From: Mesotaenium endlicherianum
Taxonomy: Eukaryota
Direction: 5' to 3'
DNA length: 64,000 nt
NCBI GenBank assembly: GCA_009602735.1
Contig: WELA01003469.1
Location: forward strand, 18,166 to 82,165
Shown piece by piece: positions 52,735 through 63,644 of the stretch (position 1 is the stretch's first letter; the number at the start of each line of letters is the position of its first letter). Both the position numbers and the translations under genes were made by a program. The notes below the pieces were generated by a model, which did not search any database, was not told the DNA's origin, and was given only the letters and a program-made list of their open reading frames with translations.

Positions 52735-55700
52735 TCCAGTCTACTGACTGTGAGGATGCTAGAGATAGTGAGTCGTCACTAGCTGCCCTCGTAGCAGGTA
52801 TTATGGGTCCTGCTGAACTGGATTCACTATGCATGCCTGACAACCAGATAAAGGAGACCATCAGCAATATAGACGTCCAGAGAGTGCACACTCTGGATGC
52901 TCTTGTTCCACCTGATGTCCAACATTTCTTTGCTACGTCAGGAGAACAATGCGAAAGTCAGGAAAAGACAGTCCCCCCTATCCTACTGCATTGCATGATT
53001 GCAGGTAGGAAGGTGAGGGCATTTGTTGACGGAGGGGCGTCACATACTTTTATCCACAAGGACTTAGTTAAGCGGCTAAGGCTGCCTACTGTCACCCAAG
53101 GGAATAGAAAAATATTCCTTGGAGATGCCTCAAGTATCCCGGGAGGAGTTATAACCAAGCCTATTGAGGTCCAGTTAGGTTCTGGCATTGCAGTTCTAAC
53201 TGAAACGCTTACATTTGAGGTACTCAACACTGGCTTTTATGATCTCGTGCTAGGCAGGTCCTGGCTTAATAGACATCAAGCTGAAGTGTGTTGGAGCAGA
53301 GGTACAGTTAAAGTGAGAGGAGCCAGTGATGGGCAGACTGACTTGGCACCCACCAGTGCTCTTCCTCTTGTCCTGTGTGGATGGCAAATGAAGGAAAAGA
53401 AGAGGCTTCCAGAAGGATGCAAGTTGCTGAATGCAATGGAGTTCGTCAAAAGCTGGAACCAGAAGGAAGACAGAATGTTCTGTCTGCTGCTAAGAGAGGT
53501 ACCTCCTCAACCTGAAGAAGTGGTTGAGAAAAAGGTACACCCTCCGGAACACCCTACTGCTGCAAACATTGTTGCTCAGTACACGGATGTGTTTAATATG
53601 CCTCCAGGACTACCCCCTAAGCGGGAAGTAGATCATAGGATTGATTTATTACCTGGTAGCCAGCCACCCTGGCAACGCACGTATGGCTTGTCTTATTTGG
53701 AGAGTGAGGAGTTGAAAACACAGATTGCAGAGCTGGAGGAAAATGGTTACATTTCTCCCAGTAAATCACCGTACGGCGCACCTATCCTATTTGTTAAGAA
53801 AAAGGATGGCAGTATGCGGATGTGTGTGGATTACAGAGCCCTGAACAGAATTACAGTAAAGAACAAGTATGCTTTACCCAGAATCGAGGACTTGCTTGAT
53901 ACCCTGTCTGGCGCTAAGGTGTTCAGTAAGATAGATCTCAAGAGTGGTTATCATCAAATCAGAATTGCTGAGGGGGATGAACACAAGACTGCTTTCCGCA
54001 CACGTTATGGACACTATGAGTTCAACGTGATGCCATTTGGACTGACTAATGCTCCTGCTACCTTTATGGGTGCTATGAATGACATTTTCAGACCTTATTT
54101 GGATAAGTTTGTGCAAGTTTTCCTGGATGATATTTTAATTTTCTCTAAAGATGAAGCTCAGCACACTGAACACTTAAAGAAAGTGCTGGACACTCTGCGG
54201 AAAAATCACTTGTATGCTAAAATGAGCAAGTGTGATTTCTTTAAGGAAAGTATTGAATTCTTAGGCCACGTTGTCAGTAAAGAGGGCATCAGTGTGGATC
54301 CTAAGAAAGTCCAGACCATAAGGGACTGGCCAGTACCACAGTCTGTCTCTGAAGTTAGATCCTTCCTCGGGTTGGCTAACTACTATAGGAGATTTATTGA
54401 GAATTATTCCACAAAGGCCAGTAAACTGACTGACCTTACTAAGAAAGACATCGGGTATGTGTGGGGGGAAGAGCAGCAGGCTGCCTTCCAGACCCTTAAA
54501 GATGCCCTTTGTTCTGCCCCAGTGCTAGCCGTGTATGACCCCAGCAAACCGGTGCAGGTGGTTACTGATGCCTCTGATTTTGCCATGGGTGCTATTTTGT
54601 TGCAGCCTGCTGACAAAACCACAAAGGATGGTAAGGTACGGCAGGAGTGGCATCCTGTGTTGTATGAGTCTATGAAATTTAATCCAGCGGAGATTAATTA
54701 CTCAGTGCATGATAAAGAGCTGCTAGCTATCATTCATGTACTCAAACAGTGGAGAGCATACTTACATGGTAAAGCTTTTAAGGTGATTACAGATCATCTA
54801 GCTCTGACCCACTTTCAGAAGAAGTCCAAGCTGTCGAGGAGGGAGAACCGCTGGAGCCAGATGCTGGAGCAGTTCCAAGTCCAGATCGACTACAAACCAG
54901 GGAAGTTGAATCCTGCTGATGCACTCTCTAGAAGACCTGACTTGCAAGAAAGGAACTTTAGTCAGCATACTGTAGATAAAGTCCTGTGTGCACTCACTTC
55001 ACTAAAGGTGAAAAAGTCCTTCCTTGAACAACTTAGGAAAGCCTACCTTTCTGACCCAACATTTGAGCCCAGCCCCACTACTGGTATGTGTCGTGCTACC
55101 GCACTCGGGTATAAGCTCAAGGGAGGGGTCTGGGTGACTGAAACCACTTCAGGCAGGCTGAAGCTGGTCATTCCTAATAATTTGGAAATAAGGTCTCTCT
55201 TACTGAGTCAAGCTCATGACAGTCTCCTGGGTGGACATTTGGGGCAGGCCAAAACTGTTGGCAAACTGGCAAAACATTATCATTGGGAGGGGTTACCCCG
55301 GGAGGTCTTGAAATATGTCAAGTCCTGTGACCAGTGTCAGAGAAATAAGTCTCGGCACACACCACCCGGAGGTCTCTTGCAACCGCTACCCATCCCAGCG
55401 GGACGCTGGGAAACTATATCCATGGACTGGGTGGTCTCACTACCAAGAACTGCCAACGGGCATGATTCAATACTGGTAGTCGTGGATAAACTGACAAAAA
55501 TGGTCATTTTTATCCCCACAACTGTCAAAGTGACTGCACTCGAAACAGCGAGACAGTTTTACAACCATGTAGTATGCCAACATGGGCTCCCTTCTAATAT
55601 CATCTCAGACAGAGACTCAAAATTCACCTCTAAGTTCTGGAGAGCTTTAATGGGGTTAATGGGAGTCAAACAGCTGCTCAGCACAGCAAACCACCCTCAG

Positions 55701-56519
55701 ACTGATGGGCAGACTGAAAGAACTAACCGAGTTCTGCAGGAGGTGCTGAGAGCATATATTAACCAAAAACAAGATAATTGGGATGACCTGTTGCCTCAAA
55801 TTCAGTTTGCGGTCAACAGTGCGGTGCACGCGTCAACGGGCAAAACTCCTTTTGAACTCAGCCTGGGTAGAGTCCCTAAGTCTCCTCTAGATGTGCTAGG
55901 GGAATCTTTAACTCACCCTGAAGGGATTGACAACCCGGTCTCCCTCCAGTTAACTCAGGAGTTTGCTGACACCCTGTCAGAAGTCCAACGAAACTTGCAC
56001 ACGGCCCAAGAAAACCAACAAAAATACGCTAATCAACACCGTCGGGAACTGACATTTTCCAAGGGGGATTTAGTCAAACTGCATTCTCAGCACCTGTACC
56101 TCCCTGGTGTGGTCAAGAAAAAGCTTGGCCCTGTCTGGGTCGGTCCATATTCGGTGGTCCGTCGTGTCGGTCAGAATGCTTACAAACTGAACATGTCAGC
56201 TGAATACAAGGGGCACCCGGTCTTTAATGTCTCCTTCCTGGAACCGTACATCAAAGGTGATACACTGTTCACAGGTCGGTTCCCTGTCCAACCGGGACCG
56301 GTCCCCGCTGTCCGGGACGGCGACCCTGAGGAATATGAGGTCGATGAGATTTTAGACGCTCGCTCGGTCCGTCGATCGTCTAAATATGTCATGAAATACC
56401 TCATTCGATGGAAGGGTTACGATGCCTCTGGGGACACTTGGGAGTTTAAGGACCACTTGACCAATGCCAAAGGGGCGTTGACACGGTTCCACCTTCGGGC
56501 CGCTGGAGTCCCTCCATAA
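52689..56519 (+). CDS. pol: Pol: protease, RT, RNase H, integrase, chromodomain
   Basis: VDGGASH (PR); MPFGLTNAP and FLDD (RT); TDAS and DKELLA (RH); H-H-C-C, DDE and GPY (INT); YEVDEIL...YLIRWKGY...DTWE (chromodomain with aromatic-cage residues). First ATG at 52803. Confidence 0.97.
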   Translation, partial: GREKRPAFKRQQQSVIQSTDCEDARDSESSLAALVAGIMGPAELDSLCMPDNQIKETISNIDVQRVHTLDALVPPDVQHFFATSGEQCESQEKTVPPILLHCMIAGRKVRAFVDGGASHTFIHKDLVKRLRLPTVTQGNRKIFLGDASSIPGGVITKPIEVQLGSGIAVLTETLTFEVLNTGFYDLVLGRSWLNRHQAEVCWSRGTVKVRGASDGQTDLAPTSALPLVLCGWQMKEKKRLPEGCKLLNAMEFVKSWNQKEDRMFCLLLREVPPQPEEVVEKKVHPPEHPTAANIVAQYTDVFNMPPGLPPKREVDHRIDLLPGSQPPWQRTYGLSYLESEELKTQIAELEENGYISPSKSPYGAPILFVKKKDGSMRMCVDYRALNRITVKNKYALPRIEDLLDTLSGAKVFSKIDLKSGYHQIRIAEGDEHKTAFRTRYGHYEFNVMPFGLTNAPATFMGAMNDIFRPYLDKFVQVFLDDILIFSKDEAQHTEHLKKVLDTLRKNHLYAKMSKCDFFKESIEFLGHVVSKEGISVDPKKVQTIRDWPVPQSVSEVRSFLGLANYYRRFIENYSTKASKLTDLTKKDIGYVWGEEQQAAFQTLKDALCSAPVLAVYDPSKPVQVVTDASDFAMGAILLQPADKTTKDGKVRQEWHPVLYESMKFNPAEINYSVHDKELLAIIHVLKQWRAYLHGKAFKVITDHLALTHFQKKSKLSRRENRWSQMLEQFQVQIDYKPGKLNPADALSRRPDLQERNFSQHTVDKVLCALTSLKVKKSFLEQLRKAYLSDPTFEPSPTTGMCRATALGYKLKGGVWVTETTSGRLKLVIPNNLEIRSLLLSQAHDSLLGGHLGQAKTVGKLAKHYHWEGLPREVLKYVKSCDQCQRNKSRHTPPGGLLQPLPIPAGRWETISMDWVVSLPRTANGHDSILVVVDKLTKMVIFIPTTVKVTALETARQFYNHVVCQHGLPSNIISDRDSKFTSKFWRALMGLMGVKQLLSTANHPQTDGQTERTNRVLQEVLRAYINQKQDNWDDLLPQIQFAVNSAVHASTGKTPFELSLGRVPKSPLDVLGESLTHPEGIDNPVSLQLTQEFADTLSEVQRNLHTAQENQQKYANQHRRELTFSKGDLVKLHSQHLYLPGVVKKKLGPVWVGPYSVVRRVGQNAYKLNMSAEYKGHPVFNVSFLEPYIKGDTLFTGRFPVQPGPVPAVRDGDPEEYEVDEILDARSVRRSSKYVMKYLIRWKGYDASGDTWEFKDHLTNAKGALTRFHLRAAGVPP
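52710..52823 (+). promoter_or_regulatory. Predicted -1 ribosomal frameshift signal
   Basis: T_TTA_AAA in the gag frame, 7-nt spacer, perfect 10-bp stem at 52724-52751. pol is in the -1 frame and open from 52689. Confidence 0.8.
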
Positions 56520-56786
56520 CTGTCATTTCAGTTGACACGGGAAGGTGACAGGCGGTCCTGTCTCCATTTAAGTTGGAGGGGAAAATATATGACAGTTAGT
56601 GAGCGAGAGCGATAAAAACACACTCATACGTTTATGTGTAGCGCATCGCAACTACGTCAACTTTTAGCAATCATCCTGTAAGGTAAACAGCAGCGAAGCC
56701 ACTATACTAAATACTAACATACTTCCTGCAATCCCTATGACAAAGGTCCATATCCTACTAACTTGTGCCCTGGTTACATGTGCAGG

Positions 56787-58463
56787 ATGGCGCCCACCAC
56801 ACAAAAGGAGGACAGAAAGCGCAAGGCAGAAGAAGCCAGGAGGACAATGGAGCAATACCAGAAGGAGCTGGCGGCGACGTCCCTCACCAGGAGAGAACAA
56901 GAAAGGGTCCGCAAACAACAAGAGGCGGCAGAAGAGGCACAGAGGAAGAAGGATCAGGAAGCGGAAAACCTCAGGAAGGCTGAGGAGGAGAGACAGAAGA
57001 AACAGCAAGAAGAAGCGGCAGCGGCAGAAGAGGAGAAAAGAAAAAAGATTGAAGCGGACAGACAGAAGAGCTTGGCCACTTACAGGTATACTGTGGTGGG
57101 TGGCCAAAACTTCGATAACCTGAAGGAAGCATTGCTGGCAGCCCAGGAGATCAACAGGCTGGAACAGACAACACTGCTACAGAAGGAAGGAGCTACAGCA
57201 CTGGACAGGTACATCGAGACACACACCGGCGTGGTCCTTTACGAAGATTATGCTAAGATGGTGGGCTATACAGCAGAGCAGGCCCGGTATCTCGCAGATG
57301 ATTCAGAGGACAAGCCGGTCCCCATACCGGGAATAGTGGGAGATCAGAGACTCATCCGGATGGTGAGCATGCGGCCCGATAGCTTTAAGGATACGGTATT
57401 CTACCTCACACTCCTGCCAGCTTACAATGAAGTTGAGAGAAGGAGCTGGGAGTACTTGGCCAGGGAAGCAGGACAGCAGATGTTCTCTCCCCACTGGTTC
57501 CCGTGTAAACTGAGGAAGGCTGAGCACGGACCCCAGTACTACCAGCAGCCAACAGACTGGAGGTGGATGACCGTCACAAATAAGAAGCAGGAGTGTGACC
57601 GAGCCCAACCGGATGACTTCCACTATGGCCTAGACGGCTATCTCATCCTACCACCTCACATTGCCCCTTGGGACCCCAGGCTGAATGGATGCCTGAGCAA
57701 TATGAATGCAGAGACCAAGGAACATAGGAGGAGGGGAAGAGACTACTTCTCTAAGGGAAAGCATGCCTTTGTCAAATGGGCAAAGAATGCAGGCCGGATA
57801 GATATCAGTAGGCTGAAGGCCAAGCAACCTCCAGCGCGCCCTAAGAAAGGGAGGTCGGTAGACTACTCCATGTCTACTAGGGAGCAGGACGACTTAGTGG
57901 ACGAGACCCCTACTCTCTCCGAGGAGGAGGATGAGGAGGCTGAGGAAGAAGAACAGGGCAGAGGAGAAGCATCAGCAGCAGGTACTCAGGATACCCAGGG
58001 ACAGGTAGGGGCGCTTCTTAAAGAACCACGATCAGGTGTTTGGAATGTGATCCCCGTTATGGCGACTACTGGACCCCGCGCTCGCTCCCACAGCCCACCT
58101 GCCCAAGCAGGGGAAGAAGCTGATCTGACTGTATTGGGCAGCAGACACAGGCAGAAATCCCCAGAGGACAGGGGTGCCAGAAGAGGGACACGCGGGTGGG
58201 CCAGAGGTATGCCAGCCTCCCCCTCCGCTCAGGGGCATGTACCTCTAGCCAATGTATTTCAGCATCCTACTGGAATGCCTGTCTATGTGGGCATCAACAC
58301 CCAAGTGGTTGAAGAGCAGGCTACCATCCTTCGTTCTCCTCGAGGTCCAACTTTAGAGCAAACCGGGTTCTTTAGAAGGCCAGCTGACAGACCTAGAGGG
58401 CTGTCCAGATCTAGGTCCAGATCTCCGTCCCCTGATCCTGAAGCCCCAGGAACCACCCCTTAA
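56787..58463 (+). CDS. ORF3: extra sense-strand retrotransposon protein of unknown function, 558 aa
   Basis: Intact ORF between pol and the PPT. Charged coiled-coil N-terminus, conserved central domain, acidic and RS-rich tail. Homologues at 49151, 63327 and about 12440-12830. Confidence 0.88.
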   Translation: MAPTTQKEDRKRKAEEARRTMEQYQKELAATSLTRREQERVRKQQEAAEEAQRKKDQEAENLRKAEEERQKKQQEEAAAAEEEKRKKIEADRQKSLATYRYTVVGGQNFDNLKEALLAAQEINRLEQTTLLQKEGATALDRYIETHTGVVLYEDYAKMVGYTAEQARYLADDSEDKPVPIPGIVGDQRLIRMVSMRPDSFKDTVFYLTLLPAYNEVERRSWEYLAREAGQQMFSPHWFPCKLRKAEHGPQYYQQPTDWRWMTVTNKKQECDRAQPDDFHYGLDGYLILPPHIAPWDPRLNGCLSNMNAETKEHRRRGRDYFSKGKHAFVKWAKNAGRIDISRLKAKQPPARPKKGRSVDYSMSTREQDDLVDETPTLSEEEDEEAEEEEQGRGEASAAGTQDTQGQVGALLKEPRSGVWNVIPVMATTGPRARSHSPPAQAGEEADLTVLGSRHRQKSPEDRGARRGTRGWARGMPASPSAQGHVPLANVFQHPTGMPVYVGINTQVVEEQATILRSPRGPTLEQTGFFRRPADRPRGLSRSRSRSPSPDPEAPGTTP

Positions 58464-58540
58464 GGTGACAGGCTGAAAAGATAGTCAGTAAGGGAGGCTG
58501 GTCAGGGTCAGTTTCTTTATTTAAAGCTTTTGCAGTTTAA

Positions 58541-58576
58541 TGTTGTCGAGGCGACAACAACTTAAGTTGGAGGGAT
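58541..58576 (+). promoter_or_regulatory. Hairpin and polypurine tract before the 3' LTR
   Basis: TGTTGTCG-AGG-CGACAACA stem-loop followed by ttaagttggagggat|TG. Confidence 0.8.
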
Positions 58577-60114
58577 TGTAATGAATCAGTATATTAGTAG
58601 ATATAATATTCAGTTAAATATAATAGTTAATTTAGTTCAGCCTGCTGGACTTTAGTTAGTAGTCAGTTTGCTGAACTTTAGTTATTAGCCAGTCTGCTGG
58701 ACTTTACCTAATTAGTCAGACTGCTGGACTTTACATAATTAGTCAGTCTGCTGGACTTTACATAATTATCAGTTTAATGACTCAGCCGGAAGCAGCAGGC
58801 TGAAGTCCATATAAGTCAGCTTGCTGACCCATTCTTTGACAGCCAGCTGACTTCCGTACTCGGTAGCAGCGAACTGCCTTGATATGCATCTAAGTGCGAT
58901 ATGCTAGATGAATGGCCAGATGACATCCCTATGATGGATGGCTATTCGGGATGATGGGAGATGGCGGTGGATTTGGTTAACCGAGGTCCTACCAACGTGG
59001 TTAACTCCCGGGTAGGCGGTGCCATCGCACTGACCGTTGAACAGTAAACTCATTCCATGTACATATGCTAGGCATTGCTCTCGAGTTCGGCATTCGGAAA
59101 CGAGGCCAACTCTCTTGTACAGCTTACTGAGAGAGATCTGAATCCAAGGCGAGAAGCCATTGATACGCACTGTCTTCTAACCTTGCTTATGTATGAGTTT
59201 ACTGATTTGCATTATTGATGCTAGTTTACTCTCATTTGACTGACGAGTAGTATTCCCTGCTAGTGTATTGTCCTTTGCCGTTTAAACGAGTTAACGGAAA
59301 TACCATAAAGATTACTTGCTGATATAAAGATCTTTATTAATTGTTAATCGCCTATTTGGTAAGTCGATTCATTTCAATATCACTTGGCTGGGGATTGCCA
59401 GGGGACAAAGCTCAGTTGCAGGCGCAGAGACCCAGTCAGTTAGGGTAGACAGAAGGGCTGCCAGAGAAATAGCCAGAGGCCTGCCAGCATCTCCCTTGCA
59501 GAGAGGACATTTGCCATTGGCTCATGTCATGCAATATCCTTTTGGAATGCCGGTATATGTACCTGTCAGTTTGAGGGATGCCCAGGAGAAGGCTGCTTTT
59601 CTTCAGTTTCAAACTGTGTAGGAGAAAACAGCCCAGTTACTACGTTCTCCCCTTGGTTCCCCCTACTCGGAGCCCCCAGGCTTCAGGAGACCCTAAGACA
59701 GAAGCAGGAGGTGTGGCTCTCAGTCTCGCTCCCCTAATTGTAGAGCCCCAGGAACATCTCCTTCATAAGAACAGTAGGCTGAGAGGAAGGAGACCAATAC
59801 TCAGTTGGGAAAAAACATGTACCCAATGTTAGTGTTGTCGAGGCGAAAACTTGTTAAGTTGGAGGGATTGTAATGAATCAATATATTGGTAGATATAATA
59901 TTCATTTAAATATAATAGTTAAATAAGTTCAAGCTGCTGAACTTAGTTAGTATTGAGCCTGCTGGACTTTGTATAATTACCAGTTTAATGACTCAGCCGG
60001 GAGCAGCAGGCTAAAGTAAACTAGGTCAGCTTGCTGACACATTCTTTGCCAGCCAGCAGCTGCCTTTCGAACTCGGTAGCAGCGAACTGCCTAGATATGC
60101 ATTCAAGTGTGGTG

Positions 60115-63100
60115 TGCTCACTACACGGATGTATTTAATATGCCTCCAGGACTACTCCCTAAGAGGGAAGTAGATCATAGGATTGATTTATTACCTGGGA
60201 GTCAACCACCCTGGCAACGCACATATGGCTTGTCTTATGTGGAGAGCGAGGAGTTGGAAACACAGATTGCAGAGCTTGAGGAAAATGGTTATATTTCTCC
60301 CAGTAAATCACCTTACGGCGCACCCATCCTATTTGTTAAGGAAAAGGATGGCAGTATGCAAATGTGTGTGGATTACAGAGCTCTGAACAGAATTACAGTA
60401 AAAAACAAGTATGCCTTACCCAGAATCGAGGACTTGCTTGATACCCTGTCTGGTGCTTAGGTGTTCAGTAAGATAGATCTCAAGAGTGGCCATCATCACA
60501 TCAGAATTGCTGAGGGGGATGAACACAAGACTGCCTTCCGCACACGTTATGGACACTATGAGTTCAACGTGATGCCATTTGGACTGACTAATGCTCCGCG
60601 ACCTTCATGGGTGCTATGAATGACATTTTCAGACCTTATTGGATAAGTTTGTGCAAGTTTTCCCGGATGATATTTTAATTTTCTCTAAAGATGAAGCTCA
60701 GCACGCTGAACACTTGAACACAGTCATGGCCACTCTGAGAAGAAATCACTTATATGCTAAAATGAGCAAGTGTGATTTCTTCAAAGAAAGTATTGAATTC
60801 TTAGGCCACGTCGCCAGTAAAGCAGGCATCAGTGTGGATCCTAAGAAAGTCCAGACCATAAGGGACTGGCCAGTACCACAGTCTGTCTCTGAAGTTAGAT
60901 CCTTCCTCGGGTTGGCTAACTACTATAGGAGATTTATTGAGAATTATTCCACAAAGGCCAGTAAACTGACTGACCTTACGAAGAAAGACATAGGGTATGT
61001 GTGGGGGGAAGAGCAGCAGGCTGCCTTCCAGACCCTTAAAGATGCTCTTTGTTCTGCCCCGATGCTAGCCGCGTATGACCCCAGCAAACCGGTGCAGAAG
61101 GTCACTGATGCCTCTGACTTTGCCATGGGTGCTATTTTGTGGCATCCTGCTGACAAAACCACAAAGGATGGTAAGGTATGGCAGGAGTGGCACCCTGTGT
61201 TGTATGAGTCTATGAAATTTAATCCAGCGGAGATTAATTACTCAGTGCATGATAAAGAGCTGCTAGCTATCATTCATGTGCTCAAACAGTGGAGAGCATA
61301 CTTACATGGTAAAGCTTTTAAGGTGATTGTAGATCATCTAGCTCTGATTCACTTTCAGAAGAACTCCAAGCTGTCGAGGAGGGAGAACCGCTCGAGCCAG
61401 ATTCTGGAGCAGGTTCAATTCCAGATCGACTACAAACCAGGGAAGTTAAATCCTGCTGATGCACTCTCTAGAAGACCTGACTTGCAAGAACGGAACTTTG
61501 GTCAGCATGCTGTAGATAAAGTCCTATGTGCACTCACTTCACTAAAGGTGAAAAAGTCATTCTTTGAACAACTTAGAAAAGCCTACCTTTCTGACCCAAC
61601 ATTTGAGGCCAGCCCCACTACTGGTATTGAGTCAAGCACATGACAGTTTACTGGGTGGGCCTTTGGGGCAAGCCAAAACTGTTGGCAAACTGGCAAAACA
61701 CTATCATTGGGAGCAATTACCCCGGGAGGTCTTGAAATACGTTGTCCTGTGACCAGTGTCAAAAGAATAAGTCTAGGCACACACCACCGGGAGGCCTCTT
61801 ACAACCGCTGCCCATCCCAGCTAGCCGCTGGGATACAATATCCTGGGACTGGGTGGTCACACTGCCACGAACTGCCAATGGGCATGATTCGATATTGGTA
61901 GTCGTGGGTAAACTGACAAAAATGGTCATTTTCATCCCCACAATTGTCAAAGTAACTGCACTCGAAACAGCGAGACGGTTCTACAACCATGTAGTATGCC
62001 AACATGGGCTACCCTCTAATATAATCTTAGACAGGGACTCGAAATTTACCTCTAAGTTCTGGAGGGCTTTAATGGGGTTAATGGAAGTCAAGCAGCTGCT
62101 CAGCACAGCAAACCACCCTCAGACTGATGGGCAGACTAACCGAGTCCTGCAAGAAGTACTGAAATCTTATATTAACCAAAAACAAGATAATTGGGATGAC
62201 GTGTTACCCCAAATCCAATTTGCGGTCAACAGTGCGGTGCACGCGTCAACGGGCAAGACTCCTTTTGAACTAAGCCTGGGTAGGATCCCTAAGTCTCCTT
62301 TGGATGTCTTAGGGGAGTCTTTAACTCACCCTCAAGGGACTGACAATCCGGTCTCCCTCCAGTTAACTCAGGAGTTTGCTGACACCCTGTCAGAAGTCCA
62401 ACAAAACTTGCACAAAGCCCAAGAAAACCAACTAAAGTATGCTAATCAGCACCGTCGAGAACAAACCTTTTCTAAGGGCAATTTGGTCAAACTGCATTCT
62501 CAGCACCTGTACCTCCCTGGCGTGGTCAAGAAAAAGCTTGGTCCTGTTTGGGTCATTCCATATTCGGTGGTGCGCCGTGTCGGTCAGATCACTTACAAAC
62601 TGAACATGTCAACAGAATACAAGGGTCACCCGGTCTTTAATGTTTCCTTCCTTGAACCCTACATCAAAGGGGACACACTGTTCACAGGTCGGTTACCTGT
62701 CCAACCGAAACCGATCCTCGCTGTCCGGGACGGTGACCCTGAGGAATTTGAGGTTGAGGAGATTTTAGACGCGCGCTCGGTCCGTCGATCGTCTAAATAT
62801 GTCATGAAGTACCTCATTCGATGGAAGGGTTAGGATGCCTCTGGGGACATTTGGGAATTTAAGGACCATTTGACCAATGCCAAAGGGGCGTTGAAACGGT
62901 TCCATCTTCGGGCGACTGGAGCCCCTCCATAACTGTCAATTCAGTTGACACGGGAAGGTTCTAGGCGGACCTGTCTCCATTTAAGTTGGAGGGGAAAATA
63001 TATGACAGTTAGTGTGCGAGAGCGAGAAAGGAACAGTTATGTAAACCCTAAGTGTCAGCATAGTGACAGATGGGACAGCCTGGCCAACATAACGCACCTT

Positions 63101-63644
63101 GGGCAGAAGGAAAATGGGCCTCACACAGCAATACATCACTTAACGCACCTTCAAACACATTCATATGTTTATGTATAGTGCACCGCAACTACGTCAACTC
63201 TTAGCAATCACTTGCTAAGGTAAACAGAGGCAAATCCACCATACTAATACGAACATACTTCCTGCCTGCAATTCCTATGACAAAGGTCGATATCCTACTA
63301 ACTTGTGCCCTGGTTACATGTGCAGAATGGCTTTCACCACACACAAGGAGGACAGAAAGCGCAAGGCAGAAGAAGCCAGGAGGACAATGGAGCAATACCT
63401 GAAGGAGCTGGCGGCGACGTCCCTCACCAAGAGAGAACAAGAAAGGGTCCGCAGACAACAAGAGGCGGCAGAAGAAGCACAGAGAAAGAAGGATCGAGAA
63501 GCGGAAAATCTCAGGAAAGCTGAGGAGGAGAGACAGAAGAAACAACAAGAAGAAGCGGCAGCGGCAGAGGAGGAGAGAAGGAAAAAGGCTGTAGCGGACA
63601 GGCAGAAGAGCTTGGCCACTTACGGGTATACTGTGGTGGGTGGC
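60115..63644 (+). mobile_element. Third, degenerate family-A internal region (RT to chromodomain, and the 5' part of ORF3 from 63327), fused to a truncated LTR
   Basis: Close match to 53575-57104 with stops, frameshifts and a deletion at about 61627. The LTR-pol junction has TGCT microhomology. Confidence 0.9.

Larger units (their letters stand above)
50425..59376 (+). mobile_element. Complete Ty3/Gypsy chromovirus (family A), 8952 bp
   Basis: TG...CA LTRs at 50425-51221 and 58577-59376. TSD ATATC at 50420-50424 and 59377-59381. PBS, PPT and three intact ORFs. Confidence 0.97.
44644..60118 (+). mobile_element. Older, internally deleted family-A element hosting two nested insertions
   Basis: 5' LTR 44644-45360, PBS variant tgatatcggagc, broken gag 45395-47578, pol lacking PR-RT-RH (junction about 47825), chromodomain to 48792. 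ORF3 variant at 49151-50424 plus 59377-59770. PPT, then 3' LTR from 59869 sharing diagnostic variants with the 5' LTR. Confidence 0.85.

Noticed and set aside
56787..58463. ORF3 as a retroviral-type env
   Set aside because: No hydrophobic signal peptide or transmembrane segment is visible, and the protein is highly charged.
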